A stretch of 64,000 nt of DNA. Source: Bugula neritina (taxonomy: Eukaryota; Animalia; Bryozoa). The stretch is from positions 27,730,628-27,794,627 of the forward strand of contig OZ037767.1 in the NCBI GenBank assembly GCA_964035545.1, read 5' to 3'. The notes under the pieces were generated by a model, which saw nothing but the letters and a program-made list of their open reading frames with translations, did no database searches and was not told the DNA's origin. Both the position numbers and the translations under genes were made by a program. This document shows, in pieces, positions 51,195 through 63,812 of the stretch (position 1 is its first letter; each line of letters starts with the position of its first letter).

Positions 51195-54100
51195 TCAACT
51201 ATACACGTCTGATAGGCCAGCCTTTTCACGACACTTCTGTAACAATGCTCTGAGCTTGAACTGCTTTCTAGACAAATCCCTTACTTTCTACAATATAAAT
51301 GACCATAGCACCAATATACAATATTTCAACGGATAACTACATGTTCATGAACATTGTTGACAAGGTTGGCATAAAGATTTTAAAGTCATTCGTCAGGTGG
51401 AGATCAGGTGCTCTACACAAGTGAGATGCCACTGACACTACAGCATATCATGCCAACCTAACAGATACATACACATCAGCCATTATCTTGTAACACGTTC
51501 TTCTACAACATAACTGGTCACAGCCTCTCACCTTCAAGTATGGCTCTATCCCAATGACCTCTCTGCGCAGTGAGTCACCCAAAATATAAAGCGCGTCCTC
51601 GATGGCCTGCTCCTCGGCAAACGACAGCAGGAGCTGCTTATAGATAGGAGCTGTGGTCTCAATGGCGTCTTCAACCGGCAACTCCTCCTTATTGCTTCTC
51701 TTCTCTATCTCCTCCTTCAGCTCAGGTAGTTTAGTTGTCAGCAATGATATAGCCTTCTCACACTCCTCCTAAAACATACGGAAGTCGACTCGTTGTAGTC
51801 AGCAAAGCTTCCAGAAGCTTCATTTGCTCACCATATCTAAATAGCTAACTAGAGGAATTGCTTAGTTGTGTTATAAAGGGCTAAATAATAACTACAAAAA
51901 ATACTTATTTACTATACTTACTAAAATTGGTAAACCATTGATGTCTTTAGTAAACATGAGTTCCACAGCTGATAATTTAGTGTGTAGTGTTTAAATTTAA
52001 CAGAAGATTTGGACCCACACAAAAGTACATGCAGTAGTGCCTGCTTTTACAAACAACCATAATAAATGTTTGAATTTAAAATTTAATGCAAAGCATATAA
52101 TTATGAGTGTTTGACAAGCTGAAGTATAAAGATCTAATGCTTAAAAGCGGAAAATAATAAAACCCACACTCTCAGCATCAATCGTGGCAGCCATATTATC
52201 TAGCTTAGCTTGACCGTCATTCAAATCTTGTTGGGTTTTTCGCAAAACATCCATTTCAGCCTGAAAGAGATGAATAATTTACTTGAAGATTGCAAGTCCA
52301 GATTCAAATTGAATGAGCAAGCCAAAAATTGTGTTTTTATCCAAGTTTTCCAACAAACTTCAAGCCATAAAAAGATTGCATGATACTTTTTTAAATACAA
52401 AAGGTAAAGAAATATTCATGAACTAGGATTAGACATAACATGGAATAGATTTCATCAGTTGATGAGTTTAAACCTATAGAAATATAGAAAAGTGTATTGA
52501 TACGGATACCGTGTGTGTGGAAAATATATCCTTAAGGCGACGTTTCATTTTATCTTCTACAGCCGAGTGCAAGGAGTTTTTAATTTCTTCATCAGACAAC
52601 CCAAAACTCTTCTGTCTGTTCAGCGGTGTGTCTAGAGAATATAAGAAGCAAGATAATAAATATAACTCAAGTAGTATAAAAGTTTTACCAACTTAAATTT
52701 TTTATGATTTATTTTTACAGAGAAAATATGAATTTCGTCACTCAAATTGGCAAAAGACACAAATAATTTGCAGCACAATTGAACATTTTTATGGAACTCT
52801 CCTCAAATACGTTTCGAAACGTATTTAGCTGTCTAAATTACATGGTGCTACAGCTAATTGAAATATTGATAAACTAGAATAAGTGGCCCACCTGTTGATC
52901 TACCAGTGGAGGTGGTAGTCGCAGTAGCAGGGTGTGTATATGTAGAAGTTGCAGGGGGATAGCCTAAGTATCCTGAAGAGCTTCCATAATTAGCAGCAGT
53001 TTGAGGCGGATAACCACCAATAGAGGGCGTAGGGTAACTAGTACCTGATGTAAGGGGGTAGGGAGTTGTCCCTCCGTAACCTGAACCTTGTCGGTATGGT
53101 GGGTAGCCTGTAGCTGGAGTAGTAGTAGGAGGATACGGGGTGGACTGCGTCATGCCCCCTCCATAAGGATTATACCCTGAAGAGTATTATTCTCTGATGA
53201 AGTTAAGTAAAAGCGATACACTAAATATAACATAACACACGTCTAATTCATCTTAAATACAAAACCATTTCTCATGCAACTGAAGAAGCATATCAACAAG
53301 GGAAGACAACACTTGAGTCGAGTAAGCGTAGCTAGCCAAACAACACAGCCAACATGCAACTCAAAGCTAGAAAGAAGATAACTCTCAAAGACAGAGGGGT
53401 CTGAGCCCTTCCTACCTGTGGGGGTGGCATTGTTTGTATTGGTTGTTTGAAAACTAGATGCTTGAGACTGAGGTGGGTAGGAGGGCGTGGCAGCTGGATA
53501 GCTCGTGGACCTTGCGGGCGGGTATGACTGAGGCATGGGCATACCCGTGCCCGTACCGGCTGAAATGACATCATTACACAACATGATAAGTAGTTGCTAA
53601 CATGCAATCTGTATTCATGCAAAAACTAGACTTAAATATATTGGGCAGTAACAAAGTCATGCTGCACAATCGTATTCGGCATCGCTATCAGTATTTCACT
53701 GAAACATTTGCTTAATAACTCCAGCTGTATGACATTATCTTCATTTTTTGATTTCAACACATTTTCTCATTTCGTATCGATTATGAAGACAACCATTTCC
53801 TTTGTTTACAAGGCTAATTGAGTTCACTAAAGAAGTGTTAAGCACATAGTCATGGCAATGTTGAATGTGGCTGGAGATTCTCAGACTCTGGTGACCAATT
53901 CGTTGCTGTAACAGGTTAACTGGGAGCATATACAAAGCAAAAGTGTGGCCACTTGTTGACACATGCGTATCGCAAAAAATGAGCATGTGACACATGTCAC
54001 ATGCTCATTTTGAGGTTGACACACTAAATACATAGCAGATCGGTCATACATGTCGGTCTACAAGCTATTACTAATTACAACAGTGTTTGCATTTCTCATT

Positions 54101-55897
54101 CAACAATATTGAGCGTGACATGCAAAGTAACCAAGACGTGTGAACACTGTGAGAGTCCAGACATGCTTAGCCAGCGAACTCACAGAACTACTTACAGACT
54201 GGGTAGGGTGGTGGAGTCTGGTTCCTGCTTGTTTGTTGAATCTTTGGCTTAGCAAACACTGGGGGTGCTTCTCCAAATACTGTACAGAGAACGACTATCA
54301 GAGTGTGTAGATCAGACTGACTCTACAACAGACACTATATAATATAACACTACATAATATAATACTTAACAGTATAATACTATATAGTATAATACTAAAC
54401 AGTATAATATTATATAGTATAATACTAAATAGTATAACACTAAATAGTATGACACTATACTATAGCAATATTACCTGCTGCCAATCTGATATATAGGGCA
54501 TAGAGACAGCACCATTCTCTGCGACATGTTGCCCAGGTTTGATATTCATCGTATTGGTTGGTTGTACAAAGACCATCGGAGCGTGGTAAGGGTGGGTCTC
54601 ATGCAACCATATGATGATTGGAATATTATATGTTTTTGCTACAACACAGTGTTTCAACATTGATATAATTATGTTAAACAAATATACTGATACAGTATGC
54701 ACAAGTAAGGCAGATAACAAGTGACTCTATAATCTATATTGTGATGATACAAGGTTAATGATTAGGCTTTTTATTGACAAAAAGTACTTTAAAACTTACA
54801 AACCACAATGTCTTGATAAGTGAAAATAACTACATCTTATTTTATTTAAAAACTAGCAATTGAGATATCAGAGTACTCCAAGCGATACAGGAAACTCTGT
54901 ACACGGGTAGAGAGATTACACACAGGAAATAGAACATGTTTCGGTTGCAAATACTAATAATAATGTAATCTTACACTTGTATGCGATGGGAATTGTCCCC
55001 TCCAGACATACTAAGTTCTTTCTCATGCCATTGTTGTAAGCTGAAAGAGACAGTTGATAGTGATGAGGGAGAGTGTAGTGCTACTAGTAGTAGCTGTGTT
55101 GTAAGATATACATCTTCTACGTATTAATTTCTATAACTAGTGAAGTATTCAAATTTGAAAATATGCCTGACTATTATAAACAATGTTTTAAGCCATGAAC
55201 TACAAAGCAACAAAAGACGTCAGTTTGACAGGTATAAGCAATGAAAAGTGGAGAATGAAACGAAGCCCTTGGAAAGTTGACTTTTTAATGCAACTTGGTA
55301 AGATGTTGAGTAAACAAAACTACAACTATCATAGAAAATCATACTGAATCATATCAGACTGGGGAGCAGGCTTCTTATAGAGAATATGTTACATAAAACA
55401 ACGGGAGACAAATTAAAACCAATTCAGAGTACACCAATACATAAGCTGCAAGTAGTAATCTAAGTTTATACATAATGTCTAAAGTGAAAATAAAATAAGA
55501 CTCACTGAAAAACTTCTTTTGAAGGCGAAGATCCTTGAAGTTAGCTAGCGCTGTTTTAATGTCAGCGAAGGCCATAGCATTGTGATTATACTGCATAAAT
55601 AAAATAATAATCATATTACATAATATATAATTATTAGAAGAGTGATACATGTGTTATTGAGAGACCCAAAATTATCCAGAAAATATATAATATATGTAAT
55701 TTATATATATTACTAAAAGTTATGCCTGGCAATTCGAGCAGTACTTACAAAAAATGCATTGAATAATCATATAAGTACATCAGAGTAGATAGGTGCAGCA
55801 AACACTTGCAGTACGCTTGCTAACCAATATTTAGACGTAAAGGAAAGACACTTACTGAAATCAACATGTTACGAATGGCTGAGTCCGCAGAAGACAT
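51195..55897 (-). CDS. TSG101: Tumor susceptibility gene 101 (ESCRT-I, Vps23), about 481 aa, 11 coding exons
   Basis: Exons 55897-55856, 55590-55506, 55040-54975, 54638-54475, 54322-54196, 53559-53416, 53176-52904 (or 52892), 52631-52510, 52260-52168, 51768-51532, 51287-51195. UEV domain (LEGTIPI, YNIPIIIWLHETHPYHAPMVFVQPT), Pro-rich region, coiled coil (SLHSAVEDKMKRRL) and steadiness box (TAPIYKQLLLSFAEEQAIEDALY, KVRDLSRKQF). Confidence 0.95.
54335..54463. repeat. Degenerate AT-rich tandem repeat (AGTATAATACTA..) filling a short TSG101 intron
   Basis: Visible units of about 15 nt. Confidence 0.75.
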
Positions 55898-56389
55898 GAT
55901 GAAAAGAAAGAGAACCTTTAATCTATTCAAATTTTCTGAAGTCTCATATGACAGGGCTTCAGTAAACCTAGAAACAAAAACATATGCATAAGATTTACAA
56001 GTTACAAGACTTACTAAATTCTATGAGCTAGAGAATAACTTAATTATAATAACTACCAGCAGTACGTATACCAGTTAGTAAGTATAATATACATATATAC
56101 ACATCCATATATCATTAACCATTACGTATATCAATGTTGAATAATTAATAAGATAACATTGGAGTTATTATATTTATAAATATATTTATAATTATTAGTA
56201 TTACAATTACGGTTACCGTTAAATTAAATAATATAATTAATATTCAATTAGTATTAATTAGCTAGTCATAGAGTGATGTTTCTTTTTGAAACGCATGATG
56301 ATGATCGCTTACTGTCTCGTGATAATTATCATGATCTGATTATGATTGACATGAACTTTAACTTGAAGCGATTAATTTTAAACATAAAA

Positions 56390-56779
56390 TTAAATAATGA
56401 GAATACTCTCAGATAAAGAGCGCCATGAAACGCTTTCATCTGCTTATGATGAACTATTAAATTCAAATCGGTCAATAAACACTCGATCTGCTAAGAGAGG
56501 AGAACCAACATCAATTTCTGCATCCTCACAGACCTTTCAGAACAGTTTTCTCCCTCAAAGCATCAGAGATTTGAGGATACCACCTCATAACACAAACTCA
56601 GCTTAGCTATGTGCTAAAACCTCTTTACATTACAATTCAAATATTCAAACTTAGCTACATGCTAGAATAGATACATTTCAACACATGATAAACCCAAACA
56701 AAAACAACATAAGAGGCACTCATAATTTTGCGCCTGTAAGTGTTAGCAGAGTGTTCTAATTTTTACGAGGTGAGGTGAG
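56390..56779 (+). mobile_element. 5'-truncated LINE fragment (CR1/L2-group ORF2 C-terminus plus 3' UTR)
   Basis: ORF 56397-56606 ends ..INTRS..FQNSFLPQSIRDL, the typical TR...F..SFFP..IR.WN terminus of CR1/L2-type RT proteins. A short GAGGT repeat tail lies at about 56767-56779. Confidence 0.65.
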
Positions 56780-58211
56780 TTATGAAATTATTCTCATAAT
56801 CATAATGACAAAGACTGAGAGTGGTGAGACTGAGTAATCAATAACAATATTAATAATATTAATGTAAACTAAAATATTGACAATTACAATAATTAATAAA
56901 ATTATTATTATAATAATAATTATTAAATTTAATGTTATATAAATATTTATTGATAATTCTAATAGTAATAGTAAAACTAATACTAATAGTAATAGTAATT
57001 GTCATTGTGATTGTCAAACTCAAAGTGAAAGGCCAAAGGCAAAGCACTTTAAATTCAAGATATAAGTTTTAAGCATCTACTTCCAGAAAAGTTTAAGATC
57101 AATAAAGCCTCTGTAAGTTAAGCAGTGGGAGCTCTTTGGGGGCCAAGCTTGATTTAATCAGTATCAGTATGAGTAACGTAATGGTTTGTATGAGTAATAG
57201 TCATGAACAATAATATACTTGAAGTGCGTAATTCGGAAACTCGGAAACTTGGAACAACTTTGGATGGAGTTTGCCTTGACCTTCCAAACGGACAATTTAG
57301 CAATAGACTATGTTCCACAATCATCTAATGGCATAATATTCATGTCTACATTAAATAGATATCTAATTGTTATATTAGTTATTTTTATGGTCCACAAACT
57401 TTTATGTTGCGCCACATGAAAAGGCCTTAGAAGTATAAAGTATGAAATTAAATAACTATTATAATAATCATAATGTCACTATATTTATAATACAATGAAA
57501 AATGCATCTACCTGTAGTAATTTTACGTTGTTAATTGTAATTATAATAATACGTCTTTATATTTTAATTTATTTATAATATAAATACTAATTAATATTAT
57601 TATTATTAAAATAAATATTATTATTAATTTTAAATGTTATAGTATTAGTTGTACTTATATTTAATTTTATGTTTATGTTTTTGTTGATGTTGAAAAACTA
57701 AAAGTAAAAGTAAAACTTTTACTTTGAGTAAAAATAGCTCTAGCAGTAGCTCAGATTGAAGCTGTAAAAGTTACCGTGTAAAAGTTTTACTTTAACTTTA
57801 GTCTTAAAAGTTAAAACTAAAAGTAAAACTAGAAGGCAGTTCTAGAAAATTAAATTCAGCATGGATCATTGAACGAATCCCAATGAATTAATATTAAATA
57901 TGAATATCTTCTTCAATAATAAAGTTGAAAATATCAAATTAGTATAACTCTAATTTAATTTAGTAATTTTAACTAAGAATTAGAATAATGATAATTATTA
58001 ATATTTATATTATATTACATTTACTTTTAGTTTTATTATAAATTAAACTATTTATGTTAATATTTATTGCTTATTTAATTATTAAATTTAATTTAACGAT
58101 AATATGAATAAAATATAAAATTCAAATTGAATATACTTGAAGTTGAAATTTTTATGACATAAAACAGTGGGGGAAATGAAAATAAAAAGGCACAGCCCCA
58201 CAAGCCACAGG

Positions 58212-58670
58212 TGTTGTATTGGAATTTATAAGTATGTGTAGTCGTCTCCTCTTGTTGTTGCATGCGTGTGGGGTGCACAACTCTAGGATTGACATAGATA
58301 TTGGATATAGTGTGGCTTGTGTGAGTGTTGTAGCTATATAACTTAGTGTAAATGGGAGAATTGAGGAACTGTACACTGATTGAGGAACGATTGAAGATAT
58401 TTGTATAGAATGTATGCGACCCAACTAGAATGTGTTAGGGTACGTTAGTGAGTGCTAGCCCAGGATCATAGACTGAGGAGCACCACCAACCGACTATCCT
58501 AACCCGGAGACTCAACTTCACCCCTACCGGGCGGACGGGAGCTGGAGTTACCTCGCAGCCAAGCCATTAACCCGTAACTGTACACCGACCCCAAGCTCAC
58601 GCAAAGGCTACAACCTATATATTATTCAGTGAGTTTACGATACTCCAAATTGTAAAAACCCTTTACAACA
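58212..58670. mobile_element. Solo LTR, 459 bp
   Basis: Begins TGTTGTA and ends TACAACA (7-bp inverted termini). Flanked by a 4-bp direct repeat CAGG (58208-58211 and 58671-58674). GC content is much higher than in the flanks. Confidence 0.8.
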
Positions 58671-58999
58671 CAGGTGAATGACTGTAAGTTATAGGTGACT
58701 CACTATGTTTGACATTGTGAGTCTGACTAAGCTAGAGTGACTGTTACCATGAGTGTCACTGTACCACTAACATCAGTATCAGTCTGGCAGTAATAGTCAA
58801 GGGGAAAGTCAGAGTAAGGATTCGGCAAATGACTCAAAAAATTAAGATCGCGATCAGGTTAAGGTTGGGGTTTCATTTTAGTTTCAGATTGAAGTTGAAT
58901 CTAAAACTTTAAGGTTAAAGTAAAGATTATAACCAAGTCAATGTGAAAACAGAGATGACACTGAGCATAATTGTGTGAATCAAAATGTGTCGAAAAATA

Positions 59000-59220
59000 A
59001 ATAATAAAACTCACGCAAGTTTGTAGTCGCTATCCCTGTGAGAAACCCCTGAAGGAAAGGGTTTTTGTTTAAGCTGGCTAAAGAAATATTTAAATAAGGC
59101 ACAGGAGTAATTATGACTGGGTGCTCTTCCTAACATCGCCAATGGAATTTTTCTGGGCTCGAACCCATGACCTCGTGTTTACTAGGCAAACGCTCTAACC
59201 CATAGACTACAGCTGCTCCC
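59000..59220 (-). mobile_element. tRNA-derived SINE with target-site duplication
   Basis: The minus strand reads GGGAGCAGCTGTAGTCTATGGGTTAGAGCG...GGTTCGAGCCC (A and B boxes) and has a (TTA)-type tail. TSD TGTGTCGAA(A/C)AATA at 58986-58999 and 59221-59234. Confidence 0.88.
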
Positions 59221-60005
59221 TGTGTCGAACAATAGATAGGCCAATCTTAATTAATGTCATTATGAATAATTATAGGTGATAATTGAATATTTAAAAGAAA
59301 TTGAAAATTTTGATTAATGACCCATTTACTTGGATAATTATAATTCTACTATTCCTATTGGCCGTTACACTTAGTGAGTAACTATGATACTAATTATCGT
59401 AATAGGTATTGTAGTGAAAGTTACAAATTTCTAGTGGCAATTGTGACTGTGACTTGTGAGTTGGTAATTTTTCTTATAACGTATTTTTGCTGTTGATAAT
59501 GTTCATTTTTAACGTTATTATGTAAATAATGACACAGGGCTAAGCACTCTGAATCTATTAACTAACTTGAGTTGGTACAATAATTTCTATTATAATTTTA
59601 TTTATTATCATATTGTGATTTAAATAAGGTAGGTCTGTCATAGCTATCAGTTTTGCACATTTGACATATTATTTATTATATATTAATCTCTATATTACTA
59701 TCAGCATTTAGACCCACCATTTATTTTAATTTTTTTTCAGTTATAGTTTCTTAAAAAAATATTGCTTAATATTACTAAAATACTTATTTAAAATATCATA
59801 ACTTGGAGGTTTAAAGTCTAAAAGAAATTAATATTAAATTGTTTATAAAGTAAACTATTTGATAAATCTCCTGGTCACCGTTCCTGGTATTCTTAGGAAT
59901 TTTGTGAAATATCACCATATATGCAAAAAGTTTCTATCTTTAAAAATGTAACTCTTCCTGATTATTAAGTTTTATTAGTTTAATTAATTTTCAGAAGTTA
60001 AGTAG

Positions 60006-63000
60006 ATGGGTGGTAAAAAGAAAGAAGCGCAGCGGACTAAAGGGAATGTAAAGGTAATTACAATTTCCCGGGCTATTATAGAGTTCACAAGTTATACAGA
60101 TTGCTCAATAGTTCAGCCTTCCAAAAATATCTTTAAAGTTCAATTGGCAAATAATCTATCAGACTCTAAACTATTATTTCTGTTGGAATTTTTACAGGCA
60201 GTTTTTTCTGAATATCAATTCGTACCATTATTATTATTTTAGCCTGCTTCTAGTGGTCATGCAGCACAACTGCTTGAAGCTAGTGGAGTGTTACAGACTG
60301 GGTTTGTAGGTTTTGATACTCTTTCTGGAGATTTAGGATATGTTCCCGCAAACCTGCAGTCTTCAGAAGCTGCTGAATGCAGTGATGGAGAGCTTCGGAT
60401 GGTAATGAAACGTCTGACAAAGAGAGATGCTGTTACTAAACTTAAGGTGAGATCTTTTAAGTACAGTTGGTTAATAGAAAATTTAGAGTTGTGATCTTTT
60501 TTTTATTTAAAAAAAGTATTACATACTGATAATGCATATAACAACTTAAATAAATTGTAAAGAATTAGAGTTAAGCATAGCACAGGCTGGTATAAGTTTG
60601 ATAGCTAATTCTACGTTGTGGCTGTAATGAAATTACCCAGTGACCATTCAATTCTGCCAGATGAGGTTACTAAGTAGGTCATATAAATTATATTTTTTCC
60701 GGGAGCTAACTCCCAAATGATACTTTCTGTAGGCATTACAGAACTTACATTCCATCTGCCAGGAGAGGGAGAGTGAAGTTGTAGTCGATTCTTTGAAATA
60801 CTGGCCTAGGCTCTACAATAAACTAGCCATAGTAAGTTTGTAAGGATTTTACTTTTGTTAAAGCTCTGTATGTGAGATGCAGTTGAAATGACCTAATTCT
60901 TTAAGTAATTTTATGAATGAGTTGAAAACAAAATTTAGTAGACGTTTGTTATTTTCCTACATAGGACTTTGATCATCGAGTAAGGGAAGCATCTCATAAA
61001 GCCCTGAAGGAAGTTGCCATAAGATCTGGTAGAAATCTGGCTCCCCATCTCAAGCATTTGATTGGTTGGTTGGAATTAATAGCTCCTTTTTAATAATTCT
61101 GCTCAACAAAATTATTTTCTTATTTATTTGTATTTTATTGTCCAGTAAAACTCACCGCAAGTACAACAATTTTTTTTGGAAATTTAAAGAAAGTCAACAG
61201 ATTATTTTATGTACGACATTTACGTGATGAATGTTTATATTCTGGGAATTGTCCTCCATCAAGAACCATAAAGACAAATAGCTTTGTATGTTTTTGGGAA
61301 AGTATTTAGCTGTTGAGTTAAAAGTTTTGGTAATCAATTTGACATTTCCCTCCGAACAAGGACTCAAACTACAAGTTTGTTTATTCAGGTGTGTGACTGT
61401 TCTATATTCAGGTGTGCGATTCTTCTATATTCAGGTGCGTGGCTGCTGTCTCTCTGTGATCAATATGCTCCGGCAGCATCAGCTGCCAGGTCAGCGTTTG
61501 ATGCTGTTTTTCCAACCGAAGCCAAAAGAGTGGAGGCGTTGGTGTACTGCCACAGTGAGCTCATCAAGTTTCTATCTGAGATGTTGTTTACGGCTACTCC
61601 ACAAACTCTCAGCGACGCCAAGTATGTCTAAAGACATTTACAGATGTTACTCACTGCTGTAGCTTTAGACATCGTTAGAAGAATGTATTGCTTTTAGCTG
61701 TAAATAGTGGAAGGATAAAGTAGACTGCTATTTGATAGTTGTGGAAATTTTTAATATTTTACCGCATCTTTATAAGAGAATGTAGAATTGATAAAGGTTA
61801 TATTCCAAGACTTGATTGTCATTCAATTGAAACAGAGAATATTTTGTTCTGCGAAGTTGAACTGTAAAATCAATCATTTATAAAATGTGTAGAAATATAT
61901 ATATATATATATATGTATCTTTTCACCAGATTAGTGTAATTGTAGAGTGACACCACCTGAGGAAATGCTTGAGAAATATGAGAGGGTTTTATCCTCGTCG
62001 TTGTTATCGCTGCGTCTCATTATCAAAATGTGTCCAGCAGAGAAAGTAACTAGTTTATCGGAGAGATGCTTGCCAATTTTGGAAAGTTCTGCATTTTGGA
62101 AGTTTGCCAATCACAATAACCGTTCGGTAGGACAGTTTCTCATTCTATTTTATATTTAAATAGTAATAATTTATATATTTAAAATTAATATATACAATAC
62201 TGTAAATCAACACTTTAGCTAGTTTAGTTTTGCAGGTCAAAGCCTCATTCTTCAGTCTGCTTGCATCATTAATTTCCGATTTACCAAAATTAGCCAATGA
62301 AAAGGCGGATAAATTATGCCCAGTTGTCCTCTCTCGACTTGGTGAAAATGACCCTCTGGTTTGCCCAAGTTTATGGGAGGCGGTTCACAGTGTTACCAGC
62401 ATTCAGGTATTAAATATACTTTATGTCTTCACTGTATTGGAACTTTATGCTATTACGATATTATTATATTACTATATTACTAATCTATATTACGATATTA
62501 TTGTCTCATTTAGTGAATGCTTTACTTCTGTAGCATGGTATCGTCTTATGAATTATATATACACAAAGTCAAGGCATAAATATCTCCACTTTCAGGCTAA
62601 TGCAATAATTGCCACTTGTAACAAGAGCAATGAATTAACACAGTTTTCATTGGTTATTCAATATTAGATTGTAACTACAATAATTTTGAATAATATCTGC
62701 CAAAATATATTATGTAGCTCAGCTGTGCTAATATTTATATATGTTCAATGTTTGAATTAGATTTATCTACTCTCTGTGAACCCAAGTTACCTAATGACTT
62801 CAGCTGGTCAGTCTATATCTTCCGTTTTGTTGCAGGGTTTTTGGAAGCATGTGAACTTGCGCAAGGCCATGTTGCCAGGCCTCTGGTCGACCTTGAAAAC
62901 AGGGTTTGATGGTAATGCCGCGGCAGCAGCAGGCAAATTCTGTATCTTAATCAAGTTGCTGCCGCCCGATGCTTCTGGAAGTCCACATGAGTTTTATTCT

Positions 63001-63812
63001 CTGCTTTTCTCTCATCTCAGCTCCGGGTAATAATAATACTCGTACTATATGCTATGTACTATATAATATGTACTATATGCTATGTACTATATGCTATGTA
63101 CTATGTACTATATGCTATGTACTATATGCTATGTACTATATGCTATATACTATGTACTATATGCTATGTACTACATACTATATACTATGTACTATATGCT
63201 ATGTACTATATGCTATATACTATGTACTATATGCTATGTACTATATGCTATATACTATGTACTATATGCTATGTACTATGTACTATATGCTATGTACTAT
63301 ATGCTATGTACTATGTACTATATGCTGTGTACTATATACTATGTACTATATGCTATGTACTATATGCTATATATACTATATGCTATGTACTACATACTAT
63401 ATGCTATATGCTGTGTACTATGTACTATATGCTATGTACTATATACTATGTACTATATACTATATACTATATACTATGTACTATATGCTATATACTATGT
63501 ACTATATACTATATACTATATGCATTAGGTATAGAAGTATAGTATATGGCTTCTAGACACCCTAGACTAGATTATATGCAATACATACTAAGATTGTTCT
63601 TTATTTCTCATGCAGAGTTATAGCCAATAAACAAGATGTCTACGTGTCTATACCTTTGTTTGTATTACAGATTGTGTTTAGACAAAGTGCAGAGGTCTAG
63701 CAAGGAGCTGAACTGCCTAGTATTAGCGTACATGCAATGTATCGAGATAGTCACTGACTGGTGCGCCAGTAACGAGGACTTTGATTTGCTTGAAGAGATT
63801 CTGGGGACACAG
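60006..63812 (+). CDS. LTN1: E3 ubiquitin ligase listerin, N-terminal part (9 exons in the window; the gene continues past the end)
   Basis: Exons 60006-60053, 60243-60446, 60733-60831, 60965-61064, 61435-61621, 61946-62126, 62236-62406, 62836-63026, 63671-63812. Motifs: MGGKKKEAQRTKGNVKPASSG, GFVGF, KRLTKRDAVTKLKALQ, WPRLYNKLAIDFDHRVRE, NLAPHLK, TPQTLSD. Confidence 0.94.
63042..63523. repeat. 7-bp-unit variant satellite (TACTATG / TACTATA / TGCTATG / TGCTATA) in an LTN1 intron
   Basis: Directly visible. It generates the Y/C/M-rich ORFs in all three + frames. Confidence 0.95.

Noticed and set aside
51645-51665. TSG101 internal PTAP motif replaced by TTAP
   Set aside because: To my knowledge this variant is common in invertebrate TSG101, so it is not unusual.
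52261-52509. TSG101 intron starting GTATCC as a possible U12 intron
   Set aside because: The donor reads GTATCCGT, not GTATCCTT, and there is no TCCTTAAC-type branch site near the acceptor.
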